DNA of 64,000 nucleotides from an uncultured Acidobacteriota bacterium (GTDB lineage: Bacteria > Acidobacteriota > Thermoanaerobaculia > UBA5066). Below the pieces are notes generated by a model. That model was not told the origin of the DNA. It searched no databases and saw only the letters and a program-made list of their open reading frames with translations. Below, piece after piece: positions 30,803 through 41,166 of this stretch (position 1 is the first letter of the stretch; the number at the start of each line of letters is the position of its first letter). Position numbers and translations under genes: made by a program. The stretch spans positions 1,408,001-1,472,000 of the forward strand of contig CAVZYA010000001.1 in assembly GCA_963779415.1 (NCBI GenBank), given 5' to 3'.

Positions 30803-32761
30803 GTGCGCGAATTGGATGAAGTAGAGCCAGTCACGGCGTCGAGGCTGAGCCCGCTTCTCGCGGCTCTGCTTCTGGCCGCGGCCGCCCTCCTCGCCGTGAC
30901 CTCCCTTCTCGGGGACAGCGCGACCATCGACGAGCCCGTTCACCTGACGGCGGGTTATGTCCAGCTGAAGACGGGTGACCTGCGAATGGAGACGGGTCAC
31001 CCGAGTCTCGCGCGCCTCTGGGCGGCTCTCCCCCTCCTCGCCTTTTCGCCGGCGCTCCCCGACCCTTCCTCGAAGGACTTCATCGAATCCGCGGTTCTCG
31101 AGGTCGGCCGCGCCTTTCTCGCGCAGCCGGGAGGTGCCCGGCTCCTGACGGCGGGCCGCTGCATGATCGTCCTTCTTCTCCTCGCCACGGACGCGGCGGT
31201 CTACTTCACGTCGAAAAGGCTTTTCGGAGAAGGCGCCGCCCTGGTCTCGCTCGGCGTCGCGGCGCTCTGCCCGACTCTCCTTTCGCACGGTCACCTCGTG
31301 ACGACAGACCTGCCGGCTGCCTTCGCCTCGGTTCTCGTCCTCGTCGCCTTTGCCGCGATCTACCGCCGGCTTACGTTCCTCCGCCTGGCGGGTGCCGCGG
31401 CGTCCATGGGCCTCTTCAGCGTGACGAAGTTCTCCTGGCCGGTCATCCTCCCTTCGATCGTCCTGATGGGACTCTTCGTCGTCTTGCGTCGTCCTCCCTG
31501 GATGATCGGGCTCCCGCATCGTGCCGAACCGGTCCGGCTGGAGGGGCGGCTCCCGCGGCTCGCCGTCCTGTTCGCCGCCGGCGCCGTCGTCGCCGTGTCG
31601 ATCTGGGGCGCCATCTGGCTCTCCTCCGGCCTCTCGTTCTCCCCTTTTCGCTGGCACGTTTCCCCATCAGTGCACATGTTCGTGCCGCTCGACCCGCACC
31701 GGCCCGCGCCGACGAACCAGGCGGAGGCGTGGGAAGTGGTGCTGCTGGATGACCATGGAGAGCCGGCCCGCGGCCTCATCCCCGGGTTCGTCCGATGGGC
31801 CCGAGCCCGGCGCTTTCTTCCCGAGGCCTATCTCTACGGCCTCGCGCTCTTCAACAAGCTGGCGTCCCCGCGCGTCACCTACTTCCACGGGGAGATCCGG
31901 ATGACCGGTCAGCCCGCCTATTTTCCGGTGGCGTTCGCCATCAAGACACCCGTTCCCACCCTCCTTCTCATTGCGGCCGGTCTGGCGGCGCTTCTGACGG
32001 CAAGTGCCTCGACGGGCCGGGATCCGACGCTTCTTCTCGGGCTCCTTTCGTTCGTGGCGATCTACGCGGTCTTCGCGATCACCGCACCGCTGAACATCGG
32101 CCATCGGCACCTCCTGCCGCTCTACCCCCCTCTGGCCGTGCTCGCCGGAGCCTCCGTCTTCCTGTTCCGGGGCCGGTGGCGCCTGGTTCCGGCAGGCCTC
32201 GTTCTCTGGCTCTCGGTGGTGACGCTTCGGACCCATCCCTTCTACCTCGGCTACTTCAACGAGTTCGTCGGAGGACCCCGGAACGGCTGGCGATGGCTGG
32301 CGGACAGCAATCTGGACTGGGGCCAGGACCTGGGGCGCCTGGCCCGGTGGCTGAACGCCCGCGGGAATCCCGAGATCAAGCTTGCGTGGTTCGGCGTCGC
32401 CGATCCGGTGGCGCTGGGAATCCGGTGCGAGGAGCTTCCCAGCTACGAGCACTTCTCCAGGCCGGCCGTGCTCGACGCCGGTCTCTACGTCGTCAGCGTC
32501 AACCAGATGCTCGGCCTCTATCTCCCTCTCGTGCGCGACGTCTTCTGGGACAGCCCTGCCACTCGCGATTACTACGGAAGCCTCTGGAGGAAGGACCAGG
32601 CCTCCGCCCTGCCGGACGAGGAGCGGCACCGCTTCGAGGATCTCCGGAAGGCGCGGCTTCTTCATGCCCTCAAGGGCCGGCCGCCCGACGACCGGATCGG
32701 TTCGTCTCTCCTCGTCTTCCGCCTCTCGAAGGACGACGTCGACGGAATGCTGCGGCCCTGA
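30803..32761 (+). CDS. GT-C membrane glycosyltransferase (PMT/ArnT-like)
   Basis: SATIDEPVH, multi-TM, NIGHRHLLP, DSNLDWGQDL. Confidence 0.85.
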   Translation: MRELDEVEPVTASRLSPLLAALLLAAAALLAVTSLLGDSATIDEPVHLTAGYVQLKTGDLRMETGHPSLARLWAALPLLAFSPALPDPSSKDFIESAVLEVGRAFLAQPGGARLLTAGRCMIVLLLLATDAAVYFTSKRLFGEGAALVSLGVAALCPTLLSHGHLVTTDLPAAFASVLVLVAFAAIYRRLTFLRLAGAAASMGLFSVTKFSWPVILPSIVLMGLFVVLRRPPWMIGLPHRAEPVRLEGRLPRLAVLFAAGAVVAVSIWGAIWLSSGLSFSPFRWHVSPSVHMFVPLDPHRPAPTNQAEAWEVVLLDDHGEPARGLIPGFVRWARARRFLPEAYLYGLALFNKLASPRVTYFHGEIRMTGQPAYFPVAFAIKTPVPTLLLIAAGLAALLTASASTGRDPTLLLGLLSFVAIYAVFAITAPLNIGHRHLLPLYPPLAVLAGASVFLFRGRWRLVPAGLVLWLSVVTLRTHPFYLGYFNEFVGGPRNGWRWLADSNLDWGQDLGRLARWLNARGNPEIKLAWFGVADPVALGIRCEELPSYEHFSRPAVLDAGLYVVSVNQMLGLYLPLVRDVFWDSPATRDYYGSLWRKDQASALPDEERHRFEDLRKARLLHALKGRPPDDRIGSSLLVFRLSKDDVDGMLRP

Positions 32762-32782
32762 GGCTGCAGCGATGCGGCCGGA

Positions 32783-33526
32783 TCACCGCACCCCCAGCGC
32801 CTCCTCGACGATCTCCTTCAGCCGGCGGGAGTGCGGCCCCCACCAGAAGACCCGGCGGCAGGAGGCACAGGCGAGGAAGGTGTCGTAGTGAAGCCGTGTC
32901 TCGGCCGGGATCCGGTCGAGAACGTCCTCCTTTCGGGTAGTGGCGAGGAGGCCGTTGCAGGCGAGACAGCGCGTGAACGGGGCGGCCGAGCGGACGAGGT
33001 CGAACCGCTCGACGACCTCGCGGAGCTGCCGGCGCGGATCGGTCGCGCGAACGGCGGCCGCGTGGGTCAGCTCGCGCCGCTTCAGGAGGCCGCGGTCCCG
33101 CGTCAGGAGGATTCTCGTTTCGGAGAGCGAGAGCGCGACGAGCCCCTCGTCGTCGGCCTCCCGGTCCCAGACGGCGTCGAAGCCGAGAAGGCGGAGCCGC
33201 CGTGCCAGCTTCCCGAGGTGGACGTCGAGGACGAAGCGGGGGTCCCGAAGGGGGCGCGGGCGAAGGCGGATGAGCGGCGAGACGTCCAGAGCCTCGAAGA
33301 GCGGAAAGACGCTCACGCGGTCACCATCCTCGAGGTGATGGTCGAATCCGACGGAGCGGCCATTGACGAGGATCATCTCGACCTCGGTGTGCGGCACGCC
33401 GCAGGCCTCGATCTGGTCCTTCACGGTCGGCGTGTCGAGAAAGCTCCGGACGAATTCCCGCTGCCTCACGCCGGCCGGGAGGAAGTCGTTCAGTTCGGCG
33501 TAGAAGCGAAAAGTGGCGTGGCGCAT
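32783..33526 (-). CDS. Mut7-C RNase domain protein with N-terminal ubiquitin-like domain
   Basis: FRFYAELNDFL, GVPHTEV, DVHLGKLARRLRLLGFD, LLTRDRGL, RCLACN, CASCRRVFWWG. Confidence 0.92.
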   Translation of the reverse strand: MRHATFRFYAELNDFLPAGVRQREFVRSFLDTPTVKDQIEACGVPHTEVEMILVNGRSVGFDHHLEDGDRVSVFPLFEALDVSPLIRLRPRPLRDPRFVLDVHLGKLARRLRLLGFDAVWDREADDEGLVALSLSETRILLTRDRGLLKRRELTHAAAVRATDPRRQLREVVERFDLVRSAAPFTRCLACNGLLATTRKEDVLDRIPAETRLHYDTFLACASCRRVFWWGPHSRRLKEIVEEALGVR

Positions 33527-33527
33527 C

Positions 33528-34372
33528 TCAGGCCGCCCTCACCCCCTGAACGTAGGTCCTCCGGGGCGGCTTGGCAACGGGCCAGCGCGGATCGCTCCGG
33601 AGGCGGCGGGCGGGGAGCGAGCGGCGACGTAGACGAGGAGAACGAGCGCGAAGATAGGCGATGTAGCGTGCGAGCTGCGACTGAGGCGGACCGTCAGGCG
33701 GGCAAGCGTCAAGTGTTCGGGGGGTCCCGAGCGCTGAGAGATGGCCTTTTGGCGAGGTAAAAGCGGTTGAGCCTCGAAGTAGGGAACGAATAGCCGGCGC
33801 GGTCAGGAGCCGTCATTGAGGTGCGGCGTGGCTATCGGGGGTCGCCTCGACCACGACGAAGGGGAGGAGTCGCACCGCGAGCACTCGCGCTCGGCTTCGA
33901 CGTCGATCTCAGGAAGTGGATGACCGGCGGCGCATGGGCCGCGCGAGTCGGCCAGCGTACGACTCCACGTCCGCTCGAAAACCGCGAAGCCGCGGGCCGA
34001 TGCGCGTCGCCGTCGCGACGTCGAGCGTGGAAAGTCCGGTGCCGGGACGTCGAAGAAGCGCCGCCGTCCGGGCCTCTCCCCGGCCGCCGCGCAGAGATTG
34101 ACGTCGCCCGGCCGGGCCGCTGCGAGCCGCGCAAGGCATGGACGTCGGGCTCGAGATTGATTCCTCGCCATCCGGCCACGTAGAAGGACCGCGCACGGAG
34201 TCGACGTCCGGCTCCTGGGCGCCGACGTCGACGTAGAAGCCGGACGAGACATCGCGAAGAACCCGGTGGAGGATGACGTCCTCGAGGTTCTGGGCGTGGC
34301 TGATGAATCGCGGACCGGCGTCCAGATCTCCGAGACCCGCCCCCGGTTGAGGTCGGCGGCCGACGCGTTCAC
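33528..34372 (-). pseudogene. FkbM family methyltransferase, multiple frameshifts
   Basis: FISHAQNLEDVILHRVL, GFYVDVGA, GWRGINLEP, IHFLxxDVE and LNRFYL fall in different frames; ends approximate. Confidence 0.7.
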
Positions 34373-35658
34373 ACGACCCCCTCGCGCGGCGTCCACCGTC
34401 CGCTCCACTCCCGGTCCTCGAGCAGCCGACGCAGACGGGCGGCGCTCTCGGCCCAGGTGAGGCGAAGGGCCGTGGAGGGGGAGAGCGACTCGCGCGCGCC
34501 TGCCCTGCCATCTCGAGGCCGACGGTGAGACTCGGCGCGTTCGCCGGAGAAATAGAGGGCGTCGGACCCGACGGTCTCGCGGTGGATCGGGATGTCGCGG
34601 AGGATCAGAGGGAGGCCCTCGCGCGCCGCCTCGAGCGCCGGAAGGCCGAAGCCCTCGGCGAGCGACGCATTGAGCAGAGCCGAGCTTTCGCGGTAGAGGC
34701 GCAGAAGCGCCCCGCCGGAGAGCTGCGGAAACCAGAAGAGACGGCGGTCCCGCTCGGCGTGGTTCTCAATCCGCGTTCTCAGAGCGGAGTCCGGATCCCC
34801 CGCATCCCCGACGGCCACGAGCGCAGGTCGGCGCCCCCGCTCCAGAGCCGCTCGAAGGCGTCCAGGACCTGCCCGTGTCCCTTGAAAGGATAGATCTGCG
34901 CGACCATGAGGATCGAGGGGCCGAGCGCGGCGAGCCGGTCCAGCGCGGCGGTCTCCGGGCCGAGCAGGGCTCGGGCGCGGTCCGCGCGCCATCCGTTCCG
35001 AGATGGAAGTGGCCGACCGGAAGGGGGCGCCGCCGCTGGGCCGGGTGCGCCTCGAGCCATTCCGCCAACCGGTTCCTCGTCGTCCGGGAGTTACAGACGA
35101 TCCCGTCGCACTCCCGGCAGATCGCGGCGAGCCATCCGGCGAAGTAGCCCGGCGTACCCGGCGGGAAGCGGTAGCTCCCGGGATGGTCGATCGGATGCAG
35201 ATCGTGGACGAGAGCGAAGACCTCGCTACCGCGTGCGCGCGCGCCGCGGATGCGGGCCACGAGGTCGTCCACGGCAGGTGAAAGGCGCTCCGGTCGAGGC
35301 CGAGCATCAGGACCCGGTCTCCGCGCCCCGCCCGGATCCGCTCCGGCGCCCCCAAGGGAGGCGCGCCGCCGAAGAGCGCCGCCGAGAAGTCCTCGGCCGA
35401 GCGGAAGCCGGCGCCCGCAGTCCGGACGGGCCGTACGAGGAGATCGGCGCCCGCCGAGAGGGTCAGGTGGCGTGTCAGCTCCCGGACCGCGCGGCCGATC
35501 CCGCCGCTCACGCCCTCGGCCGGCACGTCGGCGACGTCGAGGAGTAGGCGCCGCCTCCGGTCGAAGAGCGCCCGGACCCGCCGCCGGAGTCGGTCGCCCA
35601 GCGGCGCGCGGCGAACCGCGCCGGTCTCTCCGGCGGTGGAGGCGACATGGGATCTCAT
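34369..35658 (-). pseudogene. GT4 glycosyltransferase, multiple frameshifts
   Basis: GGIGRAVREL, ALVHDLHP, FKGHGQVLDAF and SLAEGFGLPALEA in different frames. Confidence 0.75.
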
Positions 35659-35845
35659 TCGTCTGACTCGAGCCGCGTCCGAACGGTCCGATCATGCCGC
35701 GTTCCGCCGGATCCCGCTCGGGTCGAGCCTGGAAATCCATGGGGAAGGGCGGGAGGAGGGCCTCGAAGGGGCCCGTTCTGAGAATTGATCGCATTCTCTG
35801 GCGCCGGACCCCCGGGCTTCTCCTTCCAATGAAAGGGGGGGACCG

Positions 35846-36331
35846 ATGAGCTCCCGCGAACATTTCGTCACGTGCCTCAAGAACGAGATCCCCATCTTCG
35901 TCCGCGTCTTCAAGGCGGTGCCGGCGGATCAGCTGGCCTACCGCCCGCATCCGCGATCGACCTCGGCGGGGGACCTCGTCTGGCTCCTGGCCGGGGAGCT
36001 GCACGACGCGTGCGTCCTCGCCGAGAAGCACGAGGTGAGCTTCGCCCTCGGCCCGGCGCCGAAGTCGGTCGGCGAGATGGTGGCCGCCTACGAGAAGAAC
36101 GCCGCCGACCTGGAGAAGAAGCTCGCGAAGCTGGACGACGCGGCATGGGCGAAGAAGGCGAAGTTCCTCGTGGAGGGAAACGTCGCGTGGGAGGCCCCGC
36201 TCGGCGACATGCTCTGGGGCTTCCTCTTCGACGCGATCCACCACCGGGGCCAGCTCTCGGCGTACCTACGGCCCATGGGTGGAAAGGTCCCGTCGATCTA
36301 CGGGCCCTCGGCGGACGACCCGGGTCACTGA
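35846..36331 (+). CDS. DinB family protein
   Basis: YRPHPRS, HHRGQLSAYLRPMGGKVPSIYGPSAD. Confidence 0.92.
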   Translation: MSSREHFVTCLKNEIPIFVRVFKAVPADQLAYRPHPRSTSAGDLVWLLAGELHDACVLAEKHEVSFALGPAPKSVGEMVAAYEKNAADLEKKLAKLDDAAWAKKAKFLVEGNVAWEAPLGDMLWGFLFDAIHHRGQLSAYLRPMGGKVPSIYGPSADDPGH

Positions 36332-36360
36332 GAAGCCGGGCTTCGCACTAGACTCGGGGC

Positions 36361-38823
36361 GTGAACAGCTTCAGCGGCCTTCTCCTCGCCGCCGTCGTCT
36401 CGGTCCGGGCTGCCGCTCTCGCTCCCCTTCCCGCCGCTTCCCCCGCAGCCGCGGGGATGTCCGCGGAGCGCCTCGCGCGGATCGACGCCGTCATGGAGGA
36501 GTCGATCGCGAGGAAGGAGTGTCCGGGCGCCGTCGTCCTCGTGGGGCGGCGGGGAAAGGTCGTCTTCCGCAAGGCGTACGGGAACCGGGCGATCGTCCCC
36601 GCCGTCGAGGCGATGACGGCCGACACCGTCTTCGACATGGCCTCGCTCACGAAGCCGCTCGCGACGGCGACGAGCGTCATGATCCTGATCGAAGAGGGGA
36701 AGCTCCGCCTCGCCGACCGGGTCGCGAAGCTCCTCCCCGCGTTCGCTTCGGGCGGCGGCGCTCGCGACCAGGTCACGGTGGAGGAACTCCTGACGCATCG
36801 GGCAGGGCTCGCCCCCGACGACCCGATGGCGCTCTACGTCGGGACCCCTGCGGAGATCTTCGAAAGGAAATACAGACAGCCTCTCGCCCAGGCGCCGGGC
36901 GCGCGCTTCGTCTATTCGGACGCGGGATTCGAGGTGCTCGGCGAGATCGTCCGGAAGCTCTCCGGCCTCCCCCTCGACGAATTCGCGCGTCAGCGGATCT
37001 ACGTTCCCCTCGGGATGACAGAGACGGAGTTCCGTCCCGGCGGCAAGAGGCCGCATCCCTCTCGCGCGGATCGCCCCGACCGAGCGGATCAACGGCGAGG
37101 TCCGCCGCGGCGCCGTTCACGACCCGCGTGCGTACGCCCTCGGCGGAGTCGCCGGCCACGCGGGGCTCTTCTCGACGGCCGACGACGTGGCCCGCTTCGC
37201 CGCCGCGATGCTGAAGGGAGGAGCGCCCGTCCTCTCGCCGGCGGGCGTCGCCGCGATGACCCGTCCCCGCTCGTACGGCGACGGCGATCTCCGCGCTCTC
37301 GGCTGGGACGTCGAGACGCACTACGCGTCGAACCGCGGCGACCTCTTCCCGCCGGGCTCGTACGGCCATACGGGCTGGACCGGGACGTCGCTCTGGATCG
37401 ACCCGGCGACACGGACGTTCGTGATCATCCTCTCGAACCGGAACCATCCGGACGAGTCGGGCAACGTCGTGGCCCTCCGCGGAAGGATCGCCTCCATCGT
37501 CGCCTCGGCGATCACGGACGTGAAAGTGGAAGTCCTGCGGGAGGCTTCGGAAGAGACGACGCTGCTGGCGGCGGTCGGCGCCGCGCGGGCGGCTCCGGGG
37601 AGCACGAACGCGCCTTCGGCGCGTGCCTCGAATGAGAAAGAGGGGGCGGCCGCGCCGGCCCGCGTCGTGGGGCAGGTCCGGCCGGCGATCGACGTCCTCG
37701 AAGAGAACGTCCTTCGAGGCTCTCAAAGGCCGGAAGCGTCGCCCTGCTGACGAATCAGACCGGGCTCGACCCGCGACGGCCGGTCCACCATCGACGTCCT
37801 CAACTCGCCCGAAGGCCCGAGCCGCGGGGGTGACGCTCGTCCGCCTCTTCGCCCCGGAGCACGGGATCCGTGGCGCGCTGGACGAGAAGGTCTCCGACTC
37901 CGTCGACGAGAAGACGGGGCTCCCCGTCCGCTCCCTCTACGGCGACACGAGAGAGTCGCAGCGTCCGAAGCCGGAGGATCTCGCCGGCCTCGACGCCGTC
38001 GTCGTCGACCTTCAGGACGCCGGGACGCCGCTTCTACACCTACCTGACGACGATGGGCTACGTGATGGAGGAGGCGGCAAAGGCGAAGGTGAAGGTCGTC
38101 GTCCTCGACCGGCCGGATCCGATCACGGCCGGGAAGCCCGAAGGCCCGCTCGCCGACCTGGACAAGCTCTCGTTCACCGCCTTCCACGCGATTCCGGTCC
38201 GGACCGGGATGACGATCGGCGAGCTGGCGCGCCTCTTCAACGCGGAGCGGAAGATCGGCGCCGACCTCGCCGTCGTGAAGATGGAGAACTACTCGCGCGA
38301 CCTCTGGTACGACGAGACCGGTCTTCCGTGGGTGAACCCCTCGCCGAACCTCCGCTCGGTCACCGGGGCCGCCCTCTACCCCGGCGTGGGGCTTCTCGAG
38401 GCGACGAACGTCTCCGTCGGGCGCGGGACCGACTCGCCCTTCGAGCTGGTCGGCGCCCCCTGGATGGACGGCCTCCGGATGGCCGCCACGCTGAACGCCC
38501 GCGGAATCGCCGGCGTCCGCTTCACGCCGGTCCGCTTCACCCCGGCGTCCTCGGTCCACAAGGGAGTCGATTGCAGCGGCGTCCGGATCACCCTCGTCGA
38601 CCGGAAGGCCCTCGACGCCGTGGCGCTCGGGATTCACCTGATGACCGCCCTCCGCGACCTTCACCCGAAGGAGTGGGACGCCACGAACGCGAACCGCCTC
38701 CTCGCCTCCACGGCCGCCATGACGCGGCTCGGCCGGGGAGATACCGCGGCCGAGATCGTGGGCGGATGGACCGCGTCGGTGATGGAGTTCGAGCAGCGCC
38801 GGGCGGCGTACCTCATCTACTGA
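36361..38823 (+). CDS. Beta-lactamase-family serine hydrolase fused to NamZ/DUF1343 domain, several frameshifts
   Basis: SLTK, YSD, GHAGLFS, GHTGWTG; then [32 protein letters not shown]; shifts near 37055, 37710-37820 and 38025. Confidence 0.8.
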
Positions 38824-38969
38824 GCCGCCGTCCCGTCCCTCTCCGTAGTGGGCGGGAATCCGGCGTCCGGCCTACCGAGGGCGGGACATCTGCATCCTTG
38901 CGCCGGCGGAACTCGCGGCCTAGCTTCTCCGTAGAACGAAGGGGCGCTGCCCCGCCGAACGTGGGAACG

Positions 38970-41135
38970 ATGAGCGTCGAGACCGCCGCACCCTCCCGGG
39001 TCGGGACGAGGATCTCCCACTACGAGATCGAGGAGCTGATCGGCTCGGGCGGGATGGGCGTCGTCTACCGTGCGACGGACCTCCGTCTCGAACGCCGCGT
39101 CGCCCTGAAGTTCCTCCGCCCGGTCTCGGACCTCGGCGTCCGCCAGCGGTTCCTTCGCGAGGCGCGCGCCGCCTCCTCCCTGGACCATCCGAACGTCTGC
39201 ACGATCTTCGAGGTGGACGAGACCCCGGAGGGTGAGGTCTTTCTCGCGATGGCGTACTACGAAGGCGAGACGCTGGACCGCGTCATCGCCCGCGGGCCGC
39301 TCGAGATCCCGCGTGCCGTCGCGATCGCCGTCCAGGCGGGACGCGGCCTCGCGGCGGCCCACGAGGAGCTGATCCTCCATCGCGACGTGAAGCCCGGGAA
39401 CCTGATGCTGACGAAGGGCGACACCGTGAAGATCCTCGATTTCGGCGTCGCCAAGCTCCTCGCCGATCCACGGACGACGGCCCGCGGGCAGGTCGTCGGG
39501 ACGCCCGTCTACATGTCCCCCGAGCAGCTCTGCGACCAGCCGGTCGATCAGCGATGCGACGTCTGGTCCCTCGGCGTCGTCCTCTACGAGATGCTCTCCG
39601 GCGTCCCGCCCTTCCGGGGCGAGACGGCCGCGAGCGTCATCCAGGCCGTCCTGAACGACAGGCCGATCCGCCTCCCGGCGATCCGGGACGGGATTCCCGA
39701 TCGGCTCGACCGGATCGTCCAGACCGCCCTCGCGAAAAACCCTCGCGCCCGCTTCGAGCGGATGGACGCGATGGTGCGCGAGCTCCTCGAGTTCCGGTCC
39801 CTCCTCGACACCGGCGCCATCACCGCCACCCTGCCGGCCCGGCCCTACCGGACCTCCGTCGCCGTCCTCCCCTTCGAGGACATGAGCCCCGGACGGGACC
39901 AGGGCTACCTCTGCGACGGGATCGCGGAGGAGATCCTCCGCGCCCTCGGCCGCGTCCCCGAGCTCTACGTCGCCTCGCGGACGTCGGCATTCCAGTTCAA
40001 GAACCGGGCCGCCGACATCCGCGAGGTCGGCGCGCGCCTGAACGTCGACCACATTCTCGAAGGGAGCGTCCGCCGTGCGGGGGACCGCGTCCGGATCTCG
40101 GCTCAGCTCGTCAGCGTCGGGAGCGGTTACCGCCTCTGGGACGAGCGCTTCGAGCGCGACATGAAGGACATCTTCGCCGTAGAGGACGAGATCGCCGAGC
40201 AGATCGCTCACGCCCTGAAGGTGACGCTCGGCGCCGTGGACGGCCGGCCCGGCGCCGCGGCCGCGACCACGGCCGCCGAAGCGTACGAGCTCTTCCTCCA
40301 GGGGCGCCAGTTCTTCCACCAGCACCGCCGAAAGGCCTTCGAGATCGCGCTCCAGTCGTTCTCGCGGGCGATCGAGCTCGACCCGAGCTACGCCCGCGCC
40401 TACGCGGGGATCGCCGACTGCCTCTCGTTCCTCCACCTCTACTTCCGCAAGGGGCCCGAGGCGGTGAAGGCCGCGGACGCGGCGAGCGCGAAGGCGCTGG
40501 AGCTGGACCCGGAGCTGCCGGACGCGCACGCGGCGCGGGGGCTCGCGCTCTTCGTCCGCGGCGATCTTCCCGAAGCGGAGCGGCACCTGGCCCGGGCGAT
40601 CGAGCTCGACCCGCGTCTCTACCACCCGCACTACATCTCCGGGCGCGTCGCGTTCTCCCAGGGGCGTGTGGCCGAGGCCGCCGAACACTTCCGGAAGGCC
40701 TGCTCGATCGTCTCCGAGGCCTACGACTCGTGGTACCTGCTCGGAATGTGCTGGCGGCGGCTCGGCGAGGCCGAGAAGGCGCGCAGCGCGAACCTCGAGT
40801 GCATCGAGGCCGTCAAGCAGCGGGTACGGATCCACCCCGACGACACGCGCGCCTGGACGATGGGCGCCGCGGTCCTCGCCGAGCTGGGCGAGCCGGACCG
40901 CGCGGCCGACTGGGTGGCCCGTGCACTCGCGGTCGACGCGGACGAGCCGATCATCGAGTACAACGCCGCCTGCGTTTACGTCGGGCTCGGGCGGCACGAG
41001 GAGGCGATCTCCTGCCTCGAAGCCTCCCTCGGCCAGGGCGGGCTCTCGGCCGACTGGGCCACGAACGATCCGGATCTCGACCCGCTCCGGAGCCATCCGC
41101 GGTTCCAGGCTCTCCTCGCGAAGGTCGGCGGCTGA
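38970..41135 (+). CDS. Ser/Thr kinase - TolB-like - TPR protein (no TM)
   Basis: [33 protein letters not shown] repeats. Confidence 0.93.
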   Translation: MSVETAAPSRVGTRISHYEIEELIGSGGMGVVYRATDLRLERRVALKFLRPVSDLGVRQRFLREARAASSLDHPNVCTIFEVDETPEGEVFLAMAYYEGETLDRVIARGPLEIPRAVAIAVQAGRGLAAAHEELILHRDVKPGNLMLTKGDTVKILDFGVAKLLADPRTTARGQVVGTPVYMSPEQLCDQPVDQRCDVWSLGVVLYEMLSGVPPFRGETAASVIQAVLNDRPIRLPAIRDGIPDRLDRIVQTALAKNPRARFERMDAMVRELLEFRSLLDTGAITATLPARPYRTSVAVLPFEDMSPGRDQGYLCDGIAEEILRALGRVPELYVASRTSAFQFKNRAADIREVGARLNVDHILEGSVRRAGDRVRISAQLVSVGSGYRLWDERFERDMKDIFAVEDEIAEQIAHALKVTLGAVDGRPGAAAATTAAEAYELFLQGRQFFHQHRRKAFEIALQSFSRAIELDPSYARAYAGIADCLSFLHLYFRKGPEAVKAADAASAKALELDPELPDAHAARGLALFVRGDLPEAERHLARAIELDPRLYHPHYISGRVAFSQGRVAEAAEHFRKACSIVSEAYDSWYLLGMCWRRLGEAEKARSANLECIEAVKQRVRIHPDDTRAWTMGAAVLAELGEPDRAADWVARALAVDADEPIIEYNAACVYVGLGRHEEAISCLEASLGQGGLSADWATNDPDLDPLRSHPRFQALLAKVGG

Positions 41136-41166
41136 CCGGGGGCGTCTCCGTTACTTCGCGGTCCGG

